A stretch of DNA of 64,000 nt, taken from positions 314,692-378,691 of the forward strand of contig DF236958.1 of the NCBI GenBank assembly GCA_000708835.1, given 5' to 3'. This stretch comes from Klebsormidium nitens (Eukaryota > Plantae > Klebsormidiophyceae). Below, piece after piece: positions 1 through 12,942 of this stretch. The stretch's first letter is position 1. The number at the start of each line of letters is the position of its first letter. The notes under the pieces were generated by a model. The model saw only the letters and a list, made by a program, of their open reading frames with translations, did no database searches and was not told where the DNA came from. The position numbers were made by a program, and so were the translations under genes.

Positions 1-225
1 CTTGAGTTTTTTCAGTCTGTCAATGCACTCCGGGAACTCTTTCAAAGAATCACCAGCCAGTAACATTTCGCCTCTATCGGGAGGAATCTAGACACGAAGA
101 GCGGCCTGATGAGATCGTCCGACAGTCTGATACATTGGAACCACTCAAATTTCAGTCGAACTGACCTCAGTGCTGCAAAGGTTCTCTGGTACGTGTGAAG
201 AGAAACAACTGAGTGCAATTCTCAC

Positions 226-3200
226 TTTCGTTGAACCTGGCGCAGGCTTCCTCCATTGGCAGCTTGAAGTAGCTCGACAGCTGCCTCAACGAGAGGGGGT
301 CCTTTTCTGCACAACACGGCCCGCACGTGGATTTATAAAAACGATGTCATTGTATTTCTTTGGAAACCGAGGGAAATCAAAGTATTCAAAAAGAGAGACG
401 GGCTATCTTGGGCCCCGTAACTTCGCACCCAAGATGTTGTACGGCTAGTCTGCCACTCATCAGGTGCGATCTTTGCGACTTCGACGATACACAGTAGTCC
501 CGCCTTTGTCAGACTATCGAATCCCCGTCAAAAACAGATCCTGGTGCAAGATCGAGGGGCCCGTGTATGATAACTTCAAAGACAGAGGACGTGTCCTACA
601 GATTTCTGATGAGGAAGAGAAGGACAATGCAACAAAATTTGAGAAGATTGACAAAAAACTGTCCAAACGTAGCAGTTGGATCTGATTCCTACTCATGCGG
701 TAGTATTTGCACCTTTTTTCAGGGGACCCAGCCTCGCCAGAACGTTCTCGACGTTCTTGATGCTGCCAATTCCGTACTTGTGCTTCACCCGCATCCAATG
801 GCGTCTTAACTGGCGCGGGGTCCTAAGGGAAAGAAGCACGAAAGACAGACGTCAGCTTTCACATGATAGAACCTGGTTCTAAAAGCAAATGCGAAAGACC
901 AAACACGGAAAGGACCCGAAGGCATTCTCAATAATCAATCCACATTGTGCTTGAGGGTTTCGACTATCTCAGCCAACAATTGTCCAGATTGATACCAACC
1001 TTGAATACAAGCGCTGTTTTTGGATTACGATGAACCACCGCAGAACCCTTCTAAAACAGCTTCCGGCGTTTATCTACGCGCGCTTCATGACAAGTTCACG
1101 GTGACCAGGTTCTTTCCTTGCGCCGCTCCCGCCTCACCTGCCCGGAAAGTACCGGAACGAGTCCTTGAGCATGACCTTCTGGCGGAACAGCTCCCCCAGG
1201 CGCTGCAGGAACACCCGGTCCATCTCCTCGGTGAAGCGGCCCTTCTTCCTCGGAGGAAACACGCCCCCGCTCCCCTCGCTTCCCGCCAGCGACTGCGAGC
1301 TGCTACTGCGCGCGAGCGAGGGCCCACGCGCGCTGCGCGGCTTCTTGGTCGGCCGCTCCTCTTCGTCCTCGTCGGGATCGTACTCCGACTCCGACTCGCT
1401 CCCTTCCTCCGGGTCGTACTCCGAGTCCTCTTCGTCCACGTCAGCAGCCATGTCATCGACGCCGTCGCTGACGTCAGCATCCCCGCCCCTCTCCTCGCCG
1501 CTCGCGTCTCCCTCCGGATCCGAGCCGTCTTCGCCTCCGCTGGAGTTGTCGAGGCCGCGGTCGCCGTCGTCTTCTCCTTCCTCGCGCGCGCGCGGCCGCG
1601 GGGGCGAATGCGCGCCGAGCGCCGAGCGCATCATTCGCAGCTTCCTGGGGCGCGCCGGGAGGCCGTCGAAGCCGGGGCGCAGGCGGCCCACGAGGTTTAG
1701 GCCGGGGTTTGAGCCGCCAGTCTCGGAGGGGGCCTTGAAGCGTGCCCCAATCCTTGGCGTGTCTGACTCCGACGCAGAAGGGTCGGAAGACTCTGCCTCA
1801 AACTGCGCTTGTCTGATCGGGTCTGGGGAGCGGCGAGACAGCGAGAGTGTTATGTTGGAGGGATTGCTCGAGGCGCGCGCGTCTCCGTTGGACGGGACCA
1901 CAGAGGGCCGCGCGCTGCTGAGGTGGAAACCAGGCCGAGTGTTCCAGGCAGAGAAGCACGACTGAAGGTCAGGTCCATTGTCCGTGGTTCCTGCAAGTGG
2001 AAAGAGACGAGATATACCAGGGCTTAAAACCGATTGAACTTGACGTTGAGATTATGGAGGCGCCTGTAAGCATGCCGCAAAAAGGAGCAACCGTGAGCGA
2101 CGAAGCTGCGAGACTAGTCCCTCTCTAAGACTTATTCAAATCGAGTTTTTTTATTTTGCAGAGAAGTAGGATGAACGGCGCCCTCGGTGCAACGGTTCAA
2201 GTTGGGCTGTCGGAGTCTAGAAGAGGTGGACAATTTTGAGCCAAACGGTGCGATTGACGTTTGTGTACAACTTTCCAGTTTTCCTGGCTGACATACGCCT
2301 GCAGTTGCTGTTAAGATAGGAGAAGCAATGGGCAGAATTTGATGGCAAACTCCTCCTATTATTAAGGAATATTGTTTACAGTAACTAATCATATTGGGCC
2401 CCTTGTTTTCCTTCTCTGCGACACTCGTTTCTCCCTCAAATTTCACCGCAACCTGAGAGGGATAACCTATTCAGGTGTGCCCCCGTTTAATTCTTACGTG
2501 CTCATTGTGGCTCTATGTCCTTCACCACAAGACCTTGAGTTCTTGCTCACACGCAAGAAGATCCCAAATATCCGTGTACAAATCATGCTTTGAGGTCGCT
2601 TTGGATTGCAGGTCTCACCATTTTGTGGCTGAGGCGTAAGCAGACCGAGCGTCGGCGAGTGAGACCGTCGCATGAGAGGGATGAGCGCTCGCTCGTAGAA
2701 ACCGTTGCTCCTGTGGGTCTGCACTTCTGCGGTCGCCTCCATCTGCCTCACTGGCAGGACAGGGTGACGAAACATGTCCTCCAGACCACCAGAAGGCGAC
2801 TGCATCCAAACGGGGCATAATTAATCAACGAAGTTCGGCAAATCTGCTGAATGTAGCTTTCTGGAAGTGCATCTTCAATACGAAACCATCAGCTGCCAAA
2901 GTCTAGCGTCGCTATACGACGAGTGTAGCTCGTTGAAATCCCTTTTTAGGCCTTGCTCCTTGTTGTTCAACGCTTTGAGAATCATCAGATTTTAACACAC
3001 AAAGGGACTTTGCTGAAAACCGTTAACATGTACGGAAGCTCGACTTCAGCAGCCAACGGCACCTACAAGTCGTTTGTGAAAATATCACTTGGCACAATGA
3101 TGCTTCCAACAGGAATTATTGACCGGAATTCGTACCTCGTTGTTCAGGACATATCTCCCTTCCGAGTTCTCCGAGATGCCCGGCCACGGATCGTCATCCA

Positions 3201-4008
3201 GGAAGTCGCAGTCAATGGCGTTCAGGTCGTTCTGCTGCGGCGATGGCAGGTTGGTGAGGACTGAAGCGCCCCGGATCTGGAACGGCGAGCCTGGAGGAGT
3301 CTGGGGCGGGGTTCGCACTTTGCTGGTTCCTGTTTGAAGAGAAGAAGACAATCAGGAGCCAAATCAGATTCATTTTCGTACTTCTTCGATTCTCACCTAC
3401 TTTCCTGTAAGGCAACATTTGAGTTGCATAAACTGCGAAGCTCTTGCCAGGATGCAGATTGCTTGGTGACTGCTGAACGGGTTGCACGAATGTCTGCACC
3501 ACGAACCGCCACGGAAAGGGCTGGGCCTAACTTAATTTGGAAGGGTTGTAATCTGCTTTAGAAAGAGAGAGATCCCTTTGAAGTCCTTGAACAACAATCT
3601 GAAGCGCTGTCTGACTGCCGTCCGAATGATCTGGAGATGCGATGGAAACCCTTCCAATCTGGAAAATAATGGTCTTCAACAGAAGGAAAAAGGATTGTCC
3701 ACAATGCCAGTCAAAGCATCCACAAAAAAGATGCGTATAAGTTTCTGCTTCGAAGAAACTCTTCCTTCGTTTGCTCGGGTTTCTTGATGCAACCTCGCCA
3801 CTCTCGATAGTCTCACCCGCTAGATCGCTGGATTGCTTCAGCAGGTGCGTCCTGCCAGATCCTTCCAAGCAGTTGCAGCCCCCCTTCCAGCATTCCACGT
3901 GCGCTGGAGAACCAAGTTGGGCTACAGGACGATGGAGCAGGGTCATGCTGACCAGGTTTGAGCCCCCTTGCGAGAGGCGCAGCATTGCATCAATGCACGG
4001 CGCTGATA
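226..4008 (-). CDS. Partial spliced gene: putative transcription factor with acidic region, Myb/SANT-like repeat and start of an RWP-RK-like domain (5' end unresolved, 3' end probably beyond window start)
   Basis: Six exons with GT/AG ends and matching phases: 4008-3817, 3329-3136, 2799-2619, 1990-1138, 822-713, 306-226. Splicing gives KKGRFTEEMDRVFLQRLGELF...YFPGR|TPRQLRRHW (Myb-like), then E|KDPLSLRQLSSYFKLPMEEACARFNE (resembles the N-terminal half of RWP-RK). The RWPxRK motif itself is not in the window. Confidence 0.7.
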
Positions 4009-4929
4009 CTGCAGAGGAAGACAGAATACATTTGCAGATTCGAATGGCAATGCGTTGTCTTAGAGAGAAGACGGGCAAGAGGGGCTGCAATGGTCGCCTC
4101 GTCGCTCAGGCATCAAAACGGTTTACGTATTCGAATTGGAACCCATTGAACTTGGACATCTTTCAATTTATGCAGTGAGAGCAGCCTGTATTTGGAGCGG
4201 TGTGCCTTCTCCTCTTTGCGACTTCTGAGCATTTTTGATGGTCAAAGTAAATCTGGTCAGAGATTTTTTGAAAATGTAGCATCTAAAACTTCATGTTCAA
4301 AAGTTAGCCGCACGAGACACACCGTAGATGAGGCAGATTGATAAGAATCATTGTGTCAATCCCCTTCCTGCGGGGTCCTTTAAGTCAGGTCCAAAGAGGC
4401 TGTTTGAAGGAATCAACCGGGATCTAAAGCTTCCTTTCCTGGACTTATAGCTTCGTTTAAGATCTCGGTTGAATCTCTATCGAGTCATGCATCCATCCTT
4501 CAGATTCAGAGGGGGACATATAAAATGCTGTGAAGAACAATGTTCTGCTTGAGGTATCCCCAATTGAAGCAATCTATTAAAAACTATCAGCATAATCTGG
4601 AAAGACGACACAGAAAGAGAAAACCTCAAGGGAACACATTCTTTGGGCCACGTTCTCACGGTGTTCCCCTTTCACCACCTTGTACATGGATGACCAAAAC
4701 CAAGCATCCTCTCCTGGTGCCAATAACGGATTGCATAGTGAAGGTGCAACAAATGTGCGCTCACCTTATATTGCAGTCGGATCTCCCAAAGATCTGTCCC
4801 TAGAACTTGGTTCTGAGTCAGGCTCATCAGGCTTAAGACCTGCTGCGGCCCCCATGAGGCTTAGCATCCCCGTGTATTCTCTGTGGCTCGATCAGTTTCT
4901 TCCATCCATGACAGCAAGCAGTTGATAGG

Positions 4930-7560
4930 CCTTCGCAGAGGTCAAGGGTTCACAAGAAGGAATGGCCTGTCGGACCAAACGCCTCTTTCTGTTGAGCACC
5001 AAAACTGCATGAGCCTGCATGGCTGAACCTTCCCCTCTCTTCAAGCAGGAGAAAATGAAGACAGTGACCTGAGAATGCTTTTGGCATCCTGGTTATGTAT
5101 GTTGAGCGGGTTGCGTTTCCCGCCGCTTCCTCATCTTCTGGAACAGGCAGGTTTTGGGGGAAGCTTCCTTGTCAAATGCCTCGCCTGTCTCTCTCAAAGA
5201 GAGCACTTTCCCTGCATACTTTATGCTCATTAAATCTTCGGGGGCCGCTTCAACCTTGCCAGTGCACCAGACAACGACAGTCTATCACGCTAGAGAACTG
5301 AAACTGGTTTGCATTCTAGAACTGATGTCATCAAGGACCCGTTCCATCAGCAGGCATCTCCCGTCTTCACAACAAAAGGTGTGGGTACGAGAGCTCATGA
5401 GGCGCCGCTCCAGGAAGGCTTGATGTGACAAGTGCCTTTCTGTCAGTAACACCCGAAATGTTTCCTAAAACAACGGAGCTGCAGTAGAGTCAAACGAAAT
5501 GCTTACGAAGTTGTCACATCAAACCCTCTTTCTGACTTGACAAGCAGCTGTCAAAATAGCGTCGCTTTGGATCCAGCTTTAACCAAGACGACCACCCTTT
5601 CAATATCTCTTCTCCGCCGCTCCTCTTCGATCTAGAAACGAAGCCTCTTTTCTCGCAGAGCCCTTGCAAGTGATCCGACTGGAACTGGATGTCAGGAGTT
5701 TTGTACATAGATCTGATGTCAGGTGCGTAAAATGGCGCAAATGCAGCCCTAATGATCTTACACTGTTACAGCATGTACTGCGAAGTTGACGCCAGACTCT
5801 TAATCTGTGCTGTGTTCATCAGGAGTGCATGCAAAACTGGATATTGGCAAGTTGCTAGCGCCTAGCTGGATGTCACCGATCGTCATTAATTGCTTGAGAA
5901 ACGTGCGCGACCCGCGTCCGTTCATTTCCTTCAAGGATAAGGTTTGATTCAAGAGCACCTAGCAACCACATGCTCTTGTCAGCATGGGCGCATCGTCCTC
6001 GTTTCGTCCGCCCGAACTGAGATTGATGCCCATGCTACCCGGCTGGCACCCGAACTGAAAATCTTCGACATTCAGTGCCTCTTCCGTTTCGTGTTCTTGG
6101 ACCTGTCCTGTGCGACGCGACGTCCAGCTCGGAATGGTGACGCCTTTGCATCACTGGCCGAGCCCAGCCCAAGGGAACATTGTACATCTTGTTCATCATT
6201 CGTATTTTCTGTTTGATATACAAGCATGCGTCAGAGAACCAATCGGTCCCGCTCGTTCCAATGAGCCCTTTGAACCAAAACTGTTGAACTCAGAGTTCGT
6301 TGCTCTTTGAACAGCGTTCGACAAGGCACGAGGTCGTTTTAAGCGATCCACATTCAGAGGTCCGTCTGCAAATCATCCATCGCCTCTTTCCAATAGTTCG
6401 AGGACTTCATGGGTCGCTTTCAAGTCAGACTGCAGCCTCGTGTAATCCGCACTGCCAATGACGGTCCGCCGCATCCACAGTAGTCGGGCCTTGATCTACT
6501 CATGGCGCTTCCCAGAAGTCAAAGAACGGTCGAATTAGTGGATGCAGATGCGGCAAGGCCTTTCAATTGGCATTGATCCACCCTATTCCTGAACATCCTT
6601 TCTCAGCTTCTCGACATAGATTTGGGCTGCGGCGAAGGTCCAAAGCAGATGTAGATCTGGCTTTTCAGACCGAAGAGTTGGGCCGTTGCTCGTCCGTGAA
6701 CCTAAAGTGGCTTCTATGAAAATTTGAGAGCAAAAAAGTTACTGGCTGGATCCAGACACAAATTTGACACACTTGACCCATCATCATATCAGGTAGGAAA
6801 CGGCTTCCCGCGAAGGCATGCAGGCTTCGCTAAAAACTTGCATCTTGTACGAGCTATACATCGAATGGGCAGGTTGGAAGCACGCGCGAGAAGCCGCAGC
6901 TTTCAAAACCACAACATCTGCCGGTAGCCATGAGGCGACACAAAAAGTCAGCTTCCAAAATACTAAGTTCGTCAGCTCTTAAAGAACCCCTGCGCTGTGT
7001 CTGTTTGTGCAACAAGAAAGTGTTCTCATTCTTCAAAGACGTTTTGCGTCAAAGTTCGAAGCAACGCTCACGATAGTGGGAGCTTCGAGACTGTTTTCAA
7101 GCTTGAGACTCGCTCTCCTCTTGTCCGGCAGACTTGATTCGGGCGCGTTCCGCGTAGTACTTCCGCGTTCCGCGTAAAGTCTCACTGCTCAGGATGAACA
7201 CGCTCACTGATTGTCGATGAAGGAGCGATTGCACTGCGTCGAAAGTGCTTCGAAGCTGGTAACCCTGCAGAAACATTTCTCTTGGTCTTGGGGCCTCACC
7301 TGCATCACAACAGGACCGTGTGACGTTTGCAGATTGACACAAACCCCAGACAAATATGTGGAACCCGAGAAATCTCCCAGCTTGAGGTTTTTTCCTGGAG
7401 CTTCGGCAGGAGCTTTGATGTTGACAACGCTTGAGTACCTCGTGTTGTTGTATATGGTGACATTGCAGGGCCAGGCTGAATCTTCGCACTTTCCAGAGGT
7501 TCGAACACGTGGCTCTGCATTCCAAAAGCGTCACTGTCCTTCAATCGAATAAGGAAACGA
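4930..7560 (-). pseudogene. Possible decayed coding sequence
   Basis: Protein-like minus-strand stretches broken by stops, e.g. PDLHLLWTFAAAQIYVEKLRKDVQE* and HE*IKARLLWMRRTVIGSADYTRLQSDLKATHEVLELLERGDG*FADGPL. No consistent exon chain or family recognised; boundaries approximate. Confidence 0.2.
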
Positions 7561-8895
7561 GCAATCAGCTTTCAGCTTCGTCACCACGAGTCAGATCCGT
7601 TCGATGGCGTGTAAACTGAATCGGGTTTAGAGCGATGTGGGATTGTACGTTTGGGTCTCAGTCTTGCACACTTCTTGTCTCGTCGTTCCCTTATCCTTCG
7701 GTTTTGCTCGGCCGAAGAATGAAGGTTTACACAAGCCCATCAGGACGATCTGAGAAGAGTCGGACCCTTGTCGATCATGCATGTTCGTTTCCAAACAGCT
7801 CTGCCGGAGGCTTGCTTGCGTACACATATATATCCCCGTGTTGCCAACTTGAGCATTCAAGCCTTCGCGCACATAAGCTGTTCGATGCCTATGAGCGGAA
7901 CGCAACCACTCAAGCTGCCCCAATCAGAGAGCGAACGTAAGGTCGGCAGCAGTCAGAGCCACGCCTCACCAACTGTTATGTAATCCACGCAGGCGGCGCT
8001 AGCTTTTCAACAGCTTCATCATAGAGCAGATTGTGCAAAGACCAATTCATGCAGATTCGGCTCTAGCGGACGGGTCGCTGACCGAGTGTGGGATTCCTCA
8101 AGTATGTAGCTGAGTAGCTGGAATTTGTGGGGCATTCACTGTTGCAAGGTCGAGGGATCACAAGGGCGGCCGTGGAGCATCGCTTTGACGGGCACCGAAG
8201 AAGAAACATCTGTACCGAAAAAGAAACATCTCTACGTACTGTCCAGTCCGAGTGTAGTATCAGAAGGGTGATTCACGATAGGTGACATGGTTAGTATGAT
8301 CTGAAAGCGAGTACCTAGAACTGACGGCATGATCGACCTTAAATTGCTTAAAGGCGTAGACAGCTTGAGAACTATCATAAGTGGCATCTACAATTGCTCA
8401 TCAGTGTGCATTGATGTTCTCTTTTCAAACGCCGTAGCCACATGGGCCATAGGCTTCGATGGCATACATGGGAATTGTTTGGGTTTTGAACGTCTAGCTA
8501 CCTTACCAAATCAAAGTGCGTACATTGAATTAGTCACCAAACCTAGTCTAGCAACAGCGCACCGGATTACAACTAAACTTGCCAGTGACGTGCTAGTAAA
8601 AGCAACCGTGACTCAACTAGCTACTTGTCGCCTCCAGGCAATCTGCTGGAACTAGGATTCGCACTAATTAGCGGGCAACAATCTTGGTAGGGATGTAGAC
8701 CGCAGAGAGGCGCAGAAGCAATTGCAGTGTATCATGTTACACTGTGCACCATGCCGACCGTTAAAAAACCCCTGCCCCGTACTTCATAGCTTTGGGGATC
8801 TTTTCACTGAAGGGGAAAAAGATACCGACACGATACACATGTACATACACACGTCATGTAACGAATGGCAGAGGCTTGGGCGCAGGCAAAATTTG

Positions 8896-9014
8896 AAATC
8901 GGAGTGAAACTGGCAGGGGTTTCACGCTCCGAGCAGAGTCAAACGCGAGAGTCGCAATAGTCGTAAGTCCTATCTAAATCGGAGTGAAAGTGCCGCTCTT
9001 TCACGCTCCGAGCA
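8896..9014. repeat. Two copies of a ~40-bp hairpin unit at 80-bp period, with different loops
   Basis: aaatcggagtgaaa-[ctggcagggg]-tttcacgctccgagca (8896-8935) and aaatcggagtgaaa-[gtgccgctc]-tttcacgctccgagca (8976-9014). The arms tcggagtgaaa / tttcac(gc)tccga are inverted repeats with a 2-nt bulge. Confidence 0.85.
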
Positions 9015-9528
9015 AAGGCATATGCTAGGGCTAGGACGAGATTGCCGGGGGTCGATGTTCACTCAATGGGCCTGGTCCGGTATGATGGCCTTTGTCAGAT
9101 GTGTGAACGGCACAACATACAGATGCGAAGGCCATCGCTATGTGTTGGTCGACAGTTGTTCAAGTGTTGAATGTCGCTTGGATCTAACTCGTGGACCGCG
9201 GATTCGACGGTTACTCTCATCATTACGCAAATCGTCTGTCCATTGATGAACTGCTCGCGACCAATATCGTCTTCTGTACAAAGCGCATCACGGTGACCTT
9301 TGGCGGGACGGGCAGGCCCCCACAAACACGGAACCCGCCCCAGTGACCAACTCGAACGACTCAAGACTTTACAACCGCTCCTATTCGCTGCATTCCTACT
9401 TTGAAGACAAGTAGGGTGCAAATGATCGTGTTTCGTCCCTCCCTTGGCTTTCCTTTATTTAGTCAGGGCGGCAGCAGGGCGAATCGACGGCTCTGGCGAA
9501 GCCTGGATGGAGAAGCAATGTCCCGTAT

Positions 9529-12093
9529 CTAGTTGCCGAAGTACCAGTTGTGAGAGGGGTCGGCCAAGTGGTCCATCAGGTTTGCGATGGGGCCCTTCCC
9601 GGTGTGCAGTGCTTGGTGCAGGAAACCGCCGGTGGCGATCATTGCTAGCCGTCCGTTCTTGATCTCCTGCCACGTGACAAATGAATCGACATCAGGCTAT
9701 GGCTTCTTGCGTCAAACTTTCAAGAGAGAATGATTTGATCATATGCCCGCTGTTGCTTGCACTTGTCTTGTTGGCAGAATGGAAGAGGGGGACATTCACA
9801 GCTCTTTTCCTTTTGGGCTCAAAGAGGTGCACAAGAACAACCTGCCCAAGTGGCCCAGAGAAGGCCGGAATTATCTCCAACACAGTATGCAGGTGGGGCG
9901 CGGCCCTCGCCAGGAGTGACCTTGCTTTCGGTCCTGCGAACGCTGGCTGGCTCACAATCTGCAGCCTCTCAAGCAGCACTCAGGCAAAGAACTAACAAGT
10001 TCAACCGGACATGAGTAAAAGATAACTTGTCCAGTCCCGCCAGGAGGTCAATAGACAATACTTGGAGAATGCATTGGCGCTTACCCTTGTCCTCATGTCC
10101 TTGATCTGGGCATCGTCTCCGGTGGCAAGGCCCAGAGGGTCGAAGCCGGGGTAGATGCCGGTGGCATCGATGCTGCTGTCATAGCCGGCCTCGGTCTCGC
10201 GGAAGAGGCGGGCACCCTCAGCGATGGCGACCATGTGGAAGATACCCAGGCCGACAGGGCTGGTGGGCACCTGGAAATGAAAACTGACAGGTCAGGAAAA
10301 CTCGGCAGAATGAGAAGGTTTTGAAGAGACACCTGGTCAAGGAAAGAAGACTAGTGGAGAACGAGTTGAGGCATCGACACGTGAAGTGGAAGAAGGGAAT
10401 CTGGTAAACAGAAAAGAAAGAGAGACTGAGATGTAGAAAAGTAGGACCGAATGATTTCATAGCACTTCCTGGATTTCAGGCAGATTCGAGACCGATTGAA
10501 ATTACATGCTACTTTCCTGACATTCAGGCCCCGAAACTCGATCACCGTAGCTCAATAGGTTCTAGTTCGTCATTCGGGCACTTTGTTTGCAGATGCTGAA
10601 AGGATCTTGGTGTGCCCTTGGATCTTTTCATGAAATGACAATGGAAAGACTGTCTGTACATTTCCTTCTTGATTCTTCTTATGAGCAGGAGTCCCTAAGG
10701 TAGCTAGCAAATCTTCTTTGATGGAAGGGTGTGTAAGGGCCCTGTTTGAGTAGGCTTCCCCATTCCGAGACTTACTGCGAAGGGGGGGAGGGAGAGGATG
10801 AAGCTGTTGCCTCCACCGTCAACCATGGTGTGGGCAGCCGAGTACCAGTCCCCTCTTCCCTGCGCGCCAAATTGTACACGGTCACATCTCAAGTGTGTGA
10901 TAGTTGCTTTACTTGCTGGGTTCAGTTGCAACTAAGCTTCTCTTGACATTAAGAGGAGGATACAGTCCGGAACCCAGTTGCAACCAAGCTTCTTTTGACA
11001 CTAAGAGAAGGATACAGTCCAGCAGAATGGCATCAGGGACAGAAGGCAGTTTCAAACCTTGGCCTCTGACATTGCCATGACTGGTTCCAGTCCTTCAACG
11101 ATCACATGTGGGGCACAAACAGACGATTCCCTACAGAGACAAACTACTACCCTTAAGCCCAATGCTATCATTATCAGGGGCAAAATTGGTGGATTAAGAA
11201 GACTCATGTACTATATCTGGAGTGTTTTTATGATGACAGCTGTCCCCTTACCAGGAGCTCTGGGACGCAAGCACCGACAACAGCGAGCATGGCCGTGCGG
11301 CCGTGGAAGACCTCAGCCTCCGCCATACGGGTCTTCAGCTTCGGGTCCTCCGCTAGCTTCAAGGGGTCGAAACCGCGGTCTCTGCAGCAAGTAAGCTCAG
11401 GATATTTAGTCCAACATGCTAATCTCCTGGTATTGTGCTGGACCTTGCTTAGTATCTCATTAGGGACTTGGCCATCACGACAAATTGAATCTCTACAAAC
11501 GGTGTGTGCATCATTTGAGCAGCTGTGGGGTCTAAGTGTGAGCTATCAAGGCAACCAAGAAGGCCAAGGAGCCTGGGAGTTTGCTGCACTGTGTTAGCCA
11601 GCTGTCTAATTTTAGACCCTCTGGATTCAAGCCGTCCCAATATGCCCACAAGTTGTTGAGAAGGTGCAGCTTCACCAAACGCCTCCCATTGCTCACAACG
11701 TCACTGCTCAGAGAGCAAACTCATCGGCCACAATAACTACCAGATAAATGTTGCCCATTGCCAGAAGAAACCTGCCAGCTCATTGCAGCTCCTGCTGCCC
11801 TTTTTGCAAATATTGGCACAGCATTGCAAGTCACAGCGCCATGCAAATGAGGAGCACTCTGTAGTTGAGACCAGGGCTGGCGCCACTTACGCAGGGAGGC
11901 TACCGTCAAGGTGCGCCGGGGGCTTTGCGCCGGGCAGCCAAACGGGCCGGTTGGCGGCCGCCATTGTGACACGTGCATTGCCCTTCGGGACAACATTGAA
12001 GCTGCGGCAGAAGGAGCTCTGGGTGGAGCTGGAGACGGAGGCGAGGCTCCCGGCCAGGGCCGAGGCCTTAACGGCGCACGCGGTCATGGCCAT
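9529..12093 (-). CDS. Chlorophyll a/b-binding (LHC) protein, divergent LHCI-like, paralog A (His at helix-B ligand)
   Basis: Exons 12093-11891, 11381-11252, 10859-10776, 10270-10085, 9666-9529, all phases consistent. Transit peptide, then [22 protein letters not shown], helix [14 protein letters not shown], helix [14 protein letters not shown], helix [25 protein letters not shown]. Confidence 0.95.
10923..11020. repeat. Imperfect 52-bp tandem duplication in an intron of LHC paralog A
   Basis: cagttgcaactaagcttctcttgacattaagaggaggatacagtcc (10923) vs cagttgcaaccaagcttcttttgacactaagagaaggatacagtcc (10975). Confidence 0.85.
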
Positions 12094-12942
12094 GTCTGCT
12101 CTTTAGTGGTAGGTTGAACAGGAAGGGAGGCTGCTTAGAGTTGACAGGTGCTAGCAAAATGTGGGCGAACTTTGATAGCTCTGTCAGCTGTGTTGAGTGG
12201 GCAACTTGCTTACGATCCGACTCTGAGCAGAAACGCAATTCTAGCTTACGAATTAAGAGCTTGTACTTGAAGAGAGGCTCACGTTGGCCGTGGCGAGGAG
12301 GGGGAGCGCGACGCATTGCACTCCCTTCCGAAGCCCTGGCAGCAACTCCGCTGTGCGTTGGAAGCTTCGGAATCCGCAGAAACCAATCAGAAGCGCCCAT
12401 AGCACCACGTCTATCCATGTGACGTCATGCTGGATCTTTTGCTAGTCTGCGATTGGTGAAATCAAAGATTCACTTGGGAGATGTCTGTGGCTGCGAGCGG
12501 GGTTTCTCGAGTCTTTGGCTGTAATAATTTGAATGTGGATCTGGCGGCAAGCTCCTGATTGGCCGGAGATCGAGATACATCTACACGTGGGACCATGTGG
12601 CCAATTGGAAGCGCTGATCGTCCGGAATGGCTGCGAGCCACAGAGAGCCGCGCAGTACAGCGGAATTGTGACGCCCTGCCGCCCAAGCCAATCCGTGCCC
12701 GGCGCACACAGACGAGTGTCTGGCTCACGTTCTCTCTCCCCTTCACTTCCAAATTCTGGAGAAGAATTGTACAGTGTCTCATCCACATTCTTGCTGTTCC
12801 CCTCGTCTCACTTCAGTTTTAGCTGCTCCCTTTGTCAAATTCGCCAACTTCATCTGCTGTTTGTAGTTCAGCTGCAGCTAAAGCTCAGTCAGCTAACAAC
12901 GAAGCTAAAGAAGCTAACAGAGGGACGTAACAGAAAGACGCA
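12094..12942. promoter_or_regulatory. Putative bidirectional promoter between the LHC paralogs
   Basis: 849 bp between start codons. CCAAT at 12383, 12601, 12688; ATTGG at 12452, 12558; palindromic TGACGTCA at 12420-12427; G-box CACGTG at 12584-12589. Motif presence only, function inferred. Confidence 0.6.

Noticed and set aside
1020-1965. Long plus-strand ORFs (226 aa, 266 aa)
   Set aside because: Antisense shadows of the GC-rich minus-strand exon, which has splice sites and the Myb-like motif.
8896-9014. CRISPR-like reading of the repeat-spacer-repeat unit (also the units at 55702-55840)
   Set aside because: Only two or three units, variable part lies inside the repeat, no cas genes, eukaryotic context.
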